This document shows positions 56,299-64,000 of a DNA stretch of 64,000 nucleotides, piece by piece. Made by a program: the position numbers and the translations under genes. The notes below the pieces were generated by a model that saw nothing but the letters and a program-made list of their open reading frames with translations, did not search any database and had not been told where the DNA came from. Numbering within the stretch: the first letter of the stretch is position 1; the number at the start of each line of letters is the position of its first letter. Origin of the DNA: Clostridia bacterium (GTDB lineage: Bacteria > Bacillota > Clostridia > UBA1212 > UBA1255); NCBI GenBank assembly GCA_045546695.1, contig JAZQDE010000049.1, positions 7,288 through 71,287 of the forward strand, given 5' to 3'.

Positions 56299-57714
56299 TC
56301 AATTCAACAACTGTTCATCAATTGATTTTGCAGCCGTTTTTCCGGCGCCCATTGCAAGAATAATTGTAGCTGCGCCTGTCACAGCATCTCCTCCTGCGTA
56401 CACGCCGTCTTTCGTTGTTCTGCCTGTCTCCTCCTCTACTATAATGCCACCTTGCCTGTTTACGTCAAGGCCTTCTGTAGATGATTTGATAAGAGGATTG
56501 GAGGTCGTTCCGATTGCGATGATAACGCAATCTGCATCAATAACCACTTCGCTGCCGGGAATATCAACGGGCTTGCGGCGTCCACGCTCATCAGGTTCGC
56601 CAAGCTCACATCTGATACATTTTATACCTGTGACGAAACCATTTTTAGGATCTCGTTTGTCTTCAGGATTGTTGTAACCAATAATTTCCACCGGATTATG
56701 AAGAAGTCTGAATTCAATGCCTTCTTCTTTCGCATGTTCCACTTCTTCTTTTCTGGCAGGAATTTCCTCGAAAGTACGTCTGTATACGATTGATACTTCT
56801 TTTGCACCGAGTCTCAGGGCTGTGCGGGCAGCGTCCATAGCGACATTTCCGCCACCGACAACGGCAACCTTTTTGGCATGCATGATTGGTGTAGAAGAAT
56901 TATCTTTATATGCCTTCATGAGATTGTTTCTCGTAAGGAATTCATTGGCAGAATATACGCCCTTAAGAGCCTCTCCGGGTATGCCCATAAAGCGCGGCAA
57001 TCCGGCGCCCGAGCCGATAAAAGCAGCCTCGTAGCCATTTTCAAAAAGTTCGTCAATCGTAAGTGTCTTGCCGATAACAACGTTTGTCTGAATCTCAACG
57101 CCGAGAGCCTCAAGAGACTCAATCTCTTTTTGAACGATAGTCTTTGGAAGTCTGAACTCCGGTATACCATAAACAAGTACGCCTCCGGCTAAGTGAAGGG
57201 CTTCAAAAACAGTAACGGCATATCCTTTTTTTGCCAGGTCTCCTGCGCATGTAAGGCTGGCAGGACCTGAGCCTATAATTGCCACTTTATGGCCGTTCGG
57301 CTGTGGTTTTTCAGGCAGAGTATTGCAATGCTCGTTGTGCCAGTCGGCGACAAATCTTTCCAGTCTGCCGATACCGACACTCTCACCTTTAATACCTCTT
57401 ACACACTTTGCTTCGCACTGTGTTTCCTGAGGGCATACGCGACCGCAGACCGCCGGCAAAGATGAGCTTTGAGATATCACCTGATAAGCTCCTTCAAAAT
57501 CACATTCTTTAATCTTACGTATAAATTCCGGAATATGGATTTTCACCGGGCAACCGTCTGCACATGGCATCGTCTTGCAGTCAAGACAACGCATAGCTTC
57601 GTTTATAGCCATTTCTTCCGTATAACCCAATGCAACTTCGTCAAAGTTCTTTATTCTGATCAGGGGTTCTTGTGACGGCATGGGATTTTTTATCAGCGAC
57701 ATATTATGTGCCAT
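56299..57714 (-). CDS. nfnB: NADH-dependent reduced ferredoxin:NADP+ oxidoreductase large subunit (GltD-like, NfnB)
   Basis: The start MAHNMSLIKNP is 1 nt after the nfnA stop (TGA-T-ATG). It has 2x [4Fe-4S] Cys clusters (CLDCKTMPCADGCP, CGRVCPQETQCEAKC). The FAD and NADPH Rossmann motifs are VAIIGSGPASL and VAVVGGGNVAMD. The upstream 52 codons of the ORF overlap nfnA. Confidence 0.85.
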   Translation of the reverse strand: MAHNMSLIKNPMPSQEPLIRIKNFDEVALGYTEEMAINEAMRCLDCKTMPCADGCPVKIHIPEFIRKIKECDFEGAYQVISQSSSLPAVCGRVCPQETQCEAKCVRGIKGESVGIGRLERFVADWHNEHCNTLPEKPQPNGHKVAIIGSGPASLTCAGDLAKKGYAVTVFEALHLAGGVLVYGIPEFRLPKTIVQKEIESLEALGVEIQTNVVIGKTLTIDELFENGYEAAFIGSGAGLPRFMGIPGEALKGVYSANEFLTRNNLMKAYKDNSSTPIMHAKKVAVVGGGNVAMDAARTALRLGAKEVSIVYRRTFEEIPARKEEVEHAKEEGIEFRLLHNPVEIIGYNNPEDKRDPKNGFVTGIKCIRCELGEPDERGRRKPVDIPGSEVVIDADCVIIAIGTTSNPLIKSSTEGLDVNRQGGIIVEEETGRTTKDGVYAGGDAVTGAATIILAMGAGKTAAKSIDEQLLN

Positions 57715-57715
57715 A

Positions 57716-58558
57716 TCACTCGACCTCCTTTTTGAAAAGATTGCACGTCTCCTCATAAGAATGACGCTCGAAATCTCTGTACATAGCGCCTCTTGAGATT
57801 GCCTCGTCAAAGTCAACCTCAAAGCCGTTAAAATCAGGACCGTCAACGCACGCAAATTTTGTGCAGCCACCTACAGTCAGTCTGCAACCGCCGCACATAC
57901 CTGTGCCGTCAATCATTATCGGGCTCATCGACACGGTGGTAGGTACATTGTATGGTCTCGTTGTTGCAACAACGAATTTCATCATAACAAGAGGCCCGAT
58001 AGTGATAACCTCGTCGTAATTTTCACCGGCTTCAATAGCCTCTTTAAGAGCCGCAGTTACCAGACCTTGTCTGCCGATACTGCCATCATCTGTCATTATT
58101 GTATATTTATCCGAACATGCGCGGAATTCATCTTCCAGAATAAGTAAATCTTTGCTGCGGAAGCCAACGATTGAATGAACCTCACAACCCATTTCGTGGA
58201 GCTTCTGCGCGATAGGAAGCGCAATTGAGCAACCTACTCCGCCACCAACGATGCAGACCTTTTTGAGACCGTCAAGCTTTGTAGCCTTTCCGAGAGGACC
58301 AACAAAATCGCGGATGTATTCGCCTTGCTCTTTTTTATTAAGAAGTGTAGTTGTAGTACCCACAACCTGGAAAATAATCCTGACAGTACCTGCCTGTCTG
58401 TCGTAACCGGCAATTGTAAGCGGAATTCTCTCCCCTTCTTCGTCAACACGAAGAATAATAAACTGGCCGGGCTGTGCCTTGGCTGCAACAAGGGGCGCCT
58501 CAATTTCCATCATTGTAACTGTTGGATTAAGGACTTTTTTGTTAGTAATTTTATACAT
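57716..58558 (-). CDS. nfnA: NfnA small subunit (PyrK-like ferredoxin-NADP reductase fold with 2Fe-2S)
   Basis: 280 aa. FAD-binding barrel RPYNV-like motif. NAD-binding motif GGGVGCSIALPIA. The C-terminal 2Fe-2S Cys cluster is CGGCRLTVGGCTKFAC. Confidence 0.85.
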   Translation of the reverse strand: MYKITNKKVLNPTVTMMEIEAPLVAAKAQPGQFIILRVDEEGERIPLTIAGYDRQAGTVRIIFQVVGTTTTLLNKKEQGEYIRDFVGPLGKATKLDGLKKVCIVGGGVGCSIALPIAQKLHEMGCEVHSIVGFRSKDLLILEDEFRACSDKYTIMTDDGSIGRQGLVTAALKEAIEAGENYDEVITIGPLVMMKFVVATTRPYNVPTTVSMSPIMIDGTGMCGGCRLTVGGCTKFACVDGPDFNGFEVDFDEAISRGAMYRDFERHSYEETCNLFKKEVE

Positions 58559-58685
58559 TTTTATGCCTTCTTTTGTTTATTTATCAGCGCCTGCAAAATA
58601 TATTACGCTGGAGTCGTTATTCTACAACAAAAAAAATTAAAAATAAATAGGATGACCGGTTTTCACATTTTATTAACACTTTTGC

Positions 58686-58709
58686 CACTTTTTCACGCGG
58701 TGAAAAGTG
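58686..58709. promoter_or_regulatory. inverted repeat CAC-T5-CAC-GCG-GTG-A4-GTG in the nfnA/marR divergent intergenic region
   Basis: CACTTTTTCACGCGGTGAAAAGTG has 7-bp arms TTTTCAC/GTGAAAA around GCG. It is a candidate operator. Confidence 0.3.
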
Positions 58710-58722
58710 TATCATCTGCAAT

Positions 58723-58740
58723 TAGTTAACGGCTTAACTA
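58723..58740. promoter_or_regulatory. Rex-like operator candidate
   Basis: TAGTTAACGGCTTAACTA compared with the clostridial Rex consensus TTGTTAA-N4-TTAACAA matches 12 of 14 specified positions. It sits between nfnA and marR. Confidence 0.35.
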
Positions 58741-58777
58741 TTAACACGTTAATCATTTTGTATCAAGGAGGCATAAA

Positions 58778-59278
58778 ATGGATAAGAATTGTCGCAAGAC
58801 GCCAAAAGAGCCTGATTTTCTTAAAGATAATCCCGGTGCGAAGCTTCACTGGAAGATGCGCAATATTGAACATTCCAGAATGATGATTATAAATACTATG
58901 CTCGCCCGTCACGATATCTGCTACACTCACCCGCGTATTCTCGGCGATATTATGCGCCACGGCAGTGTTACCCAGACAGAGATTGCGAATAGAATGAACA
59001 TATCAACGGCAGCTATGTCGTCTACTATAAAGGTGCTTCAGAAACAGGGTCTGGTGAAAAAGGACACCGATTCAAGTGATCTGCGCTACAACAAAATTTC
59101 GCTTACAGAAAAAGGTAAAAAAATGCACGACGAGACTCTTTCTCAGATGCTAAAAATTGACAAAGAAATGTTAAGCGGCTTTACGGATGAAGAAGCTCAG
59201 TTATTTCTTACTATGCTTGATAAAGTACAGCTTAATCTGAATAAACTATCGGAGGACCAGGAAGAAAAAGATGATTAA
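58778..59278 (+). CDS. MarR-family transcriptional regulator
   Basis: 166 aa. Winged HTH region GSVTQTEIANRMNISTAAMSSTIKVLQKQGLVKK. AAGGAGG RBS. Confidence 0.85.
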   Translation: MDKNCRKTPKEPDFLKDNPGAKLHWKMRNIEHSRMMIINTMLARHDICYTHPRILGDIMRHGSVTQTEIANRMNISTAAMSSTIKVLQKQGLVKKDTDSSDLRYNKISLTEKGKKMHDETLSQMLKIDKEMLSGFTDEEAQLFLTMLDKVQLNLNKLSEDQEEKDD

Positions 59279-61052
59279 AAGATTATTTTCCTATTATAAG
59301 AATTACAAAATCTATGCGATTTTAAGCCCGATAATGATGCTTTGCGAAGTAATGGCAGACGTTGCAATCCCGATGTTGATGGGATTGATTTTAAACCGCG
59401 TCAGCAAAGCCTCGCTGTCGGCAGCAGATATCGAATACATAGCATTGATAGGCGGCGCAATGGTAGCGTTGGCACTTTTTGCCATGTTCTGCGGCGGTTA
59501 CAGCAACCGTCTGGCGGCAAAAGCTTCCATGGGAGCAGGCGCAGAAATAAGAGAAGATCTATTTGTGAAAATACAGAGTTTTTCATTTGCAGACGTTGAC
59601 AAATTCTCTACCCCTTCCCTCATCACAAGGCTCACAACTGACGTAAACAACCTGCAGCAATCATCAATGATGGTGCTCAGAATGGCTGTGCGAAGCCCGT
59701 TTATGTTCTTGTTTGCCTTCATCGCAGCAGCTCTCATAAACGCAAAGCTTGCGTCTATCTTCCTGATAGCTGTTCCGATTCTTGCCACCGTCATCGTTAT
59801 AATAATGAGAAAGGCGCACCCGCGTTTCAGTAAATTCCATCACGAAATTGATAACCTCAATACATCTGTACAGGAAAATCTTGTAAACGCGCGTGTTGTC
59901 AAGACATTTGTCCGTGAAGATTATGAAAAAGGAAAATTCAGAAAAGCAAATGACAAGCTGACAGATACTGCCATAAACGCAATCAAGCTCGTTATTATGA
60001 ACATGCCCTTTATGCAGCTTATTGTTTATGCTTGTATTATTGCCATTTTATGGTTCGGAAGCAGCATCGTCCTCGACACTTCGATCGGCCATTTACTGGG
60101 AACTATTGAGGAAAACACAGGCATGATGGCCGGCAATCTCATGAGTCTTATTACATACGTAACGCAGATTCTTATGTCCCTTATGATGCTTTCTATGATG
60201 TTTTTGCAATTTACGCGTGCAAGAACTTCTGCAGAGCGTGTACTCGAAGTCCTTGACACAGAGCCGAGCCTCAGAAACCCCGACGAACCTGTTTTCACCG
60301 TTCAAAACGGCTCTATTGAGTTCAATAACGTTTGTTTCAGATACGAAGGCGGCACAATCGACGACACTCTCAAAGACATTTCTTTCCACATTAAGTCCGG
60401 TGAAACGATTGGTATCATCGGTTCTACAGGCTCTGCCAAGTCAACCCTGGTGCAGCTAATCCCTCGCCTTTATGACGTCAAGAGCGGCTCTGTCAGCGTA
60501 GGCGGCCTTGACGTGCGCAAGTACGATCTTGAAGTGCTGCGCGACAGCGTTGCGATGGTTCTGCAGAAAAACACGCTGTTTTCCGGTACTATCCGTGAAA
60601 ATATGCAATGGGGCAAGCCTGATGCAACTGACGATGAAATAACTGATGCACTTAAAAATGCACAGGCATGGAATTTTGTCAGCAGCTTCCCCGATGGACT
60701 TGATACCGACTTAAGTCAGGGCGGCGTGAATCTTTCAGGCGGCCAGAAGCAAAGACTTTGTATCGCAAGAGCGCTGCTTAAGAAGCCGAAAATCATTATT
60801 TTAGATGACTCCACGAGCGCTGTGGATATGGCGACCGACGCCCATATTATGGAAGCTTTTGAACGTGAGCTCAAGGACGTCACAACGATTATCATTGCAC
60901 AGAGAATCAGGTCTATCCAGACTGCTGACAGAATTATCGTTCTCGACGAAGGCACGGTCAACGCTGTCGGTACGCACAGCGAACTGATGGAAAATAATGA
61001 AATTTACCGTGATATTTATATTTCACAGCAGGAAGGAGTGATGGAGCAATGA
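59271..61052 (+). CDS. ABC exporter fused permease/ATPase (type I exporter, first half of a heterodimer)
   Basis: 593 aa. Six TM helices are followed by the NBD with Walker A GSTGSAKST, signature LSGGQKQRL, Walker B IIILDDSTSAVD and H-loop IIAQR. It overlaps marR by 8 nt. Confidence 0.85.
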   Translation: MIKRLFSYYKNYKIYAILSPIMMLCEVMADVAIPMLMGLILNRVSKASLSAADIEYIALIGGAMVALALFAMFCGGYSNRLAAKASMGAGAEIREDLFVKIQSFSFADVDKFSTPSLITRLTTDVNNLQQSSMMVLRMAVRSPFMFLFAFIAAALINAKLASIFLIAVPILATVIVIIMRKAHPRFSKFHHEIDNLNTSVQENLVNARVVKTFVREDYEKGKFRKANDKLTDTAINAIKLVIMNMPFMQLIVYACIIAILWFGSSIVLDTSIGHLLGTIEENTGMMAGNLMSLITYVTQILMSLMMLSMMFLQFTRARTSAERVLEVLDTEPSLRNPDEPVFTVQNGSIEFNNVCFRYEGGTIDDTLKDISFHIKSGETIGIIGSTGSAKSTLVQLIPRLYDVKSGSVSVGGLDVRKYDLEVLRDSVAMVLQKNTLFSGTIRENMQWGKPDATDDEITDALKNAQAWNFVSSFPDGLDTDLSQGGVNLSGGQKQRLCIARALLKKPKIIILDDSTSAVDMATDAHIMEAFERELKDVTTIIIAQRIRSIQTADRIIVLDEGTVNAVGTHSELMENNEIYRDIYISQQEGVMEQ

Positions 61053-62992
61053 GTGAGCAGAAATTCAAATCAGCTCCCGGCGGTCCGGGAGGCGGCCCCG
61101 GCGGCGGCCCCAACAGACATGGATACAGAAAGCCAAAAAATACCGGCAAAACTTTGCTCCGAATGTTCGTATACTTCAGGAAAAACCTGGGGCTGCTTAT
61201 TGTGGCTTTGTTTATGGTCGTGTTCTCCTCCCTTGCAGGTGTCACAGGCAACTACCTGTTAAAGCCTATCATCAACAACCTTGACACCGATATTGGTGCA
61301 ATTGTCGGTGACGACCTGACAGAAGCAGCTCTCCAGGCTGCAAAACACGATATAATGGAGTCTCTCGTCGGCTCACTTGCCGTTATGGCTGCAATCTATG
61401 CTCTCGGTGCGATATTCTCATATCTTTCCAGCCGTATCATGGTTTCCATCGCGCAGAGAACCACTAATACAATCCGTGCAGAGCTTTTCAACAAGCTCCA
61501 GAAATTGCCAATCGGCTATTTTGACAGCACACCAAACGGCAATATTATGAGTAGCTTTACGAACGATATGGACAACGTGGGAATGGCATTGGAGCAGAGC
61601 TTATCCCAGACAATAACGTCACTTTTCACCGTAGTAGCGACGTTTATTATGATGCTTGTTTTAAGTCCCCTGCTCACCATAATCGTAATCCTGATGCTGT
61701 TTATAATGCTGAAAATTGTTAAAGTTGTCGGCGGCCGAAGTGCCAGATATTTCCGCGAGCAACAAAAAGCACTTGCAAATGTTGACGGGTATATTGAGGA
61801 AATGGTTGAAGGTCAGAAAGTTATCAAGGTGTTTAACCACGAAGATGCTACGTGCAAGGAGTTTGCCGCTAAAAACGCAGAACTTAAACACGCTGCTACC
61901 AATGCGCAGACTTTTGCGGGACTCATAATGCCGATAATGGGTAACCTTTCGTATTTCCACTACGCAATCACAGCTGTTGCCGGCGCGATTATGATAGTAA
62001 ATCCCGGAAACTGGGCAATTTTCGCCGCAATGGACCTCGGTACTCTTGCCTCTTTTTTACAGTTTACAAGGTCGTTTTCACAGCCAATCACACAGATATC
62101 CAACCAGGTAAACGTTCTTTTGAGTGCACTTGCCGGTGCAGAGAGAATTTTTGAGATTATAGACGTTGAGCCGGAGGAAAATAATGGTAAGGTCCGTCTG
62201 GAAGTAAACGGAAATAATTACAGCTGGAATAATCCGGAAACGAATGAGGTGACCGAACTTAGGGGCGACGTGCGTTTCCACAATGTTACATTCTCATATG
62301 TTGAGGACCGGGTTGTTTTGCGAAACGTTTCTTTATATGCAAAGCCGGGTCAGAAGATTGCTTTTGTCGGCTCTACGGGCGCAGGCAAAACGACGATTAC
62401 AAATCTGATCAATCGTTTTTACGAGATTCAGGAAGGCACGATTACGTATGACGGCATCGACGTGCGCGATATAAACAAGGATGATTTGCGCCGTACGATG
62501 GGCATCGTGCTTCAGGACGTTCATCTTTTCAAAGGTACTATCCGTGAAAATATACGTTATGGTAAGCTTGATGCGACGGACGAGGAGATTGAGCGTGCGG
62601 CAAAAATTGCCAATGCGCACTCGTTTATTTCAAGGCTTCCTGACGGATACGATACGATGCTCACAGCCGATGGCACGAACCTTTCACAAGGACAAAGGCA
62701 GCTTATTTCTATCGCCAGGGCTGCGGTCGCTGACCCGCCGGTTCTGATTCTCGATGAAGCTACGAGTTCAATCGACACGCGTACGGAACGCCTCATCGAA
62801 AAAGGCATGGATAGCCTGATGTCCGGCAGAACTACGTTCGTTATCGCCCACCGTCTGTCTACCGTGCGTAACTCAAATGCGATTATGGTGCTTGAAAAGG
62901 GCGAGATTATTGAGCGTGGTACTCACGAGGAATTGCTGGAATTAAAAGGAAGATACTACAGCCTTTACACCGGCAAGAGCGAGCTATCGTAA
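61049..62992 (+). CDS. ABC exporter fused permease/ATPase (second half of the heterodimer) with a Gly/Pro-rich N-terminal extension
   Basis: 647 aa. The N-terminus is SAPGGPGGGPGGGPNRHGYRKPK, then 6 TM. Walker A GSTGAGKTT, a degenerate signature LSQGQRQLI, Walker B LILDEATSSID. It overlaps the upstream gene by 4 nt. Confidence 0.85.
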   Translation: MSEQKFKSAPGGPGGGPGGGPNRHGYRKPKNTGKTLLRMFVYFRKNLGLLIVALFMVVFSSLAGVTGNYLLKPIINNLDTDIGAIVGDDLTEAALQAAKHDIMESLVGSLAVMAAIYALGAIFSYLSSRIMVSIAQRTTNTIRAELFNKLQKLPIGYFDSTPNGNIMSSFTNDMDNVGMALEQSLSQTITSLFTVVATFIMMLVLSPLLTIIVILMLFIMLKIVKVVGGRSARYFREQQKALANVDGYIEEMVEGQKVIKVFNHEDATCKEFAAKNAELKHAATNAQTFAGLIMPIMGNLSYFHYAITAVAGAIMIVNPGNWAIFAAMDLGTLASFLQFTRSFSQPITQISNQVNVLLSALAGAERIFEIIDVEPEENNGKVRLEVNGNNYSWNNPETNEVTELRGDVRFHNVTFSYVEDRVVLRNVSLYAKPGQKIAFVGSTGAGKTTITNLINRFYEIQEGTITYDGIDVRDINKDDLRRTMGIVLQDVHLFKGTIRENIRYGKLDATDEEIERAAKIANAHSFISRLPDGYDTMLTADGTNLSQGQRQLISIARAAVADPPVLILDEATSSIDTRTERLIEKGMDSLMSGRTTFVIAHRLSTVRNSNAIMVLEKGEIIERGTHEELLELKGRYYSLYTGKSELS

Positions 62993-63014
62993 GTTAAATA
63001 TGTATCAAATTTTG

Positions 63015-63043
63015 TTGACATATCTACTTTTTTTACATAATAT
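63015..63043 (+). promoter_or_regulatory. sigma-70 promoter of mntP
   Basis: TTGACA (63015-63020), a 17-nt spacer, then TAATAT (63038-63043). Two GGAGG copies and the ATG at 63064 follow. Confidence 0.55.
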
Positions 63044-63063
63044 GTGGAGGTTTGGAGGTAAAC

Positions 63064-63648
63064 ATGGACCTGAGTTTTTACTTTTTTTTACATAGTCTGC
63101 TGCTCGGAGCCGGACTTGCGATGGACGCTTTTTCTGTGTCCCTGGCAAACGGTCTTAATGAGCCTTGCATGAAAAAAAGAAGGATGTTTGTGATTGCCTC
63201 TGTTTTCTCTTTTTTCCAGACAATTATGCCACTTATTGGCTGGATCTGCGTCTCTACAATTGCCAGATATTTCAATATTTTTGAAAAGGCAATTCCCTGG
63301 ATTGCGCTCGTTTTACTATGCTATATCGGAGGAAAAATGCTTTATGACAGCATGCATAACAAATCCTCCTGTGAGGAAGGAAAAGCCGTATGTTTCGGTG
63401 CGCTTCTTTTGCAGGGCGTTGCTACGTCTATTGATGCGCTGTCAGTCGGTTTTACAATATCTGACTATAATCTGCCGGAGGCTATTCTTGCCTGCCTGCT
63501 CATCGGCGTTGTTACTTTGCTTATCTGCCTTGCGGGCGTTTTCATCGGTAAAAAAGCCGGCACAAAGCTGGCCGACAAAGCAGGTATTCTCGGTGGCGCT
63601 ATACTGATTTTCATAGGCCTTGAGATATTTATAACGAGCTGGTTGTGA
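63064..63648 (+). CDS. mntP: manganese efflux pump MntP (DUF204 family)
   Basis: The ATG at 63064 (MDLSFYFFLHSLLLGAGLAMDAFSVSLANG) is preferred over the TTG at 63052. The duplicated LAMDAFSVS / SIDALSVGF half-motifs and six TM helices are typical of MntP. Confidence 0.8.
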   Translation: MDLSFYFFLHSLLLGAGLAMDAFSVSLANGLNEPCMKKRRMFVIASVFSFFQTIMPLIGWICVSTIARYFNIFEKAIPWIALVLLCYIGGKMLYDSMHNKSSCEEGKAVCFGALLLQGVATSIDALSVGFTISDYNLPEAILACLLIGVVTLLICLAGVFIGKKAGTKLADKAGILGGAILIFIGLEIFITSWL

Positions 63649-64000
63649 TTAAAACTTATTGTAATGCGACTGCCTCGATATATTCAGAAGGACTCCCATC
63701 GATGCCATAAGAATAACTAATGATGTACCGCCATAGCTAAATAATGGCAGTGAAATACCTGTAACCGGCATAGATTGGGATACCACGGCAAGATTCATAA
63801 TAACCTGAATTGCTATAAGAGACGTAATGCCTGATGCAAGGAGGGCGCCTGTGCGGTCAGGTGCATTTGCAGCAATCTTATAGCCGCGGAAGATGAAAAG
63901 AGCAAATAAAGCAATTACGATTGTTACGCCAATAAAGCCAAGTTCTTCTGCCAGAATCGAGAAAATAAAGTCATTATATGGTTCAGGAAGATACATGTAT
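63649..64000 (-). CDS. FtsW/RodA/SpoVE-family peptidoglycan glycosyltransferase. Only the C-terminal part is in the window and the gene continues past 64000.
   Basis: Minus-strand translation ...LPEPYNDFIFSILAEELGFIGVTIVIALFALF...GISLPLFSYGGTSL is the conserved SEDS C-terminus. The stop is at 63649. Confidence 0.8.
   Translation of the reverse strand, partial: YMYLPEPYNDFIFSILAEELGFIGVTIVIALFALFIFRGYKIAANAPDRTGALLASGITSLIAIQVIMNLAVVSQSMPVTGISLPLFSYGGTSLVILMASMGVLLNISRQSHYNKF

Overview
This 64 kb window comes from a low-GC Gram-positive anaerobe, probably a Clostridia-type Firmicute. Supporting signs are AGGAGG-type ribosome-binding sites, lipobox lipoproteins, an electron-bifurcating [FeFe] hydrogenase (HydABC) next to NfnAB, and the absence of outer-membrane signatures. 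Gene density is high and most genes sit on the minus strand.

Contents from left to right:
- 1-2986: a partial AMP-dependent acyl-CoA ligase, an XRE/cupin regulator and a diaminopimelate-decarboxylase-family PLP enzyme.
- 2983-5178: housekeeping genes engB, rnhB and rbgA.
- 5162-7823: an LRR lipoprotein and a membrane-anchored repeat protein.
- 7816-8775: metA.
- 8915-23534: a nine-gene, roughly 14.7 kb minus-strand CUT1-type sugar ABC uptake operon. It holds two permease pairs, two lipoprotein binding proteins and a 1091-aa membrane-anchored binding-protein fusion. It encodes no ATPase. Embedded in it are an 852-aa membrane-anchored protein and a 703-aa signal-peptide NHL beta-propeller fused to a C-terminal Yip1-like polytopic membrane domain. 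This is the strongest candidate for an undescribed system.
- 23691-33116: murD, lysC, hom, thrC, a GH78-like rhamnosidase, an aminotransferase and an Lrp regulator, all co-directional.
- 33217-36270: hisF, metK and a LuxS-MtnN (Pfs) fusion gene, translationally coupled on the plus strand.
- 36267-46614: a UPF0371/DUF1846 protein, a 999-aa lipoprotein and a 396-aa hypothetical protein. The hypothetical is followed by a tandem array of 40-nt hairpin repeats with a 75-bp period. Then come two lipoproteins, a six-hairpin-like protein and a zinc-ribbon protein.
- 46691-47871: a PlsC-family acyltransferase and a tRNA-Thr/tRNA-Tyr operon with a consensus sigma-70 promoter.
- 47893-51945: an exported EEP-family lipoprotein, a PT-rich surface protein and a GNAT acetyltransferase.
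- 52006-58558: hydCBA and nfnAB.
- 58778-62992: a MarR regulator with a heterodimeric ABC exporter pair.
- 63064-64000: mntP and a partial ftsW/rodA.

No CRISPR-cas locus, transposase, integrase or rRNA is visible.
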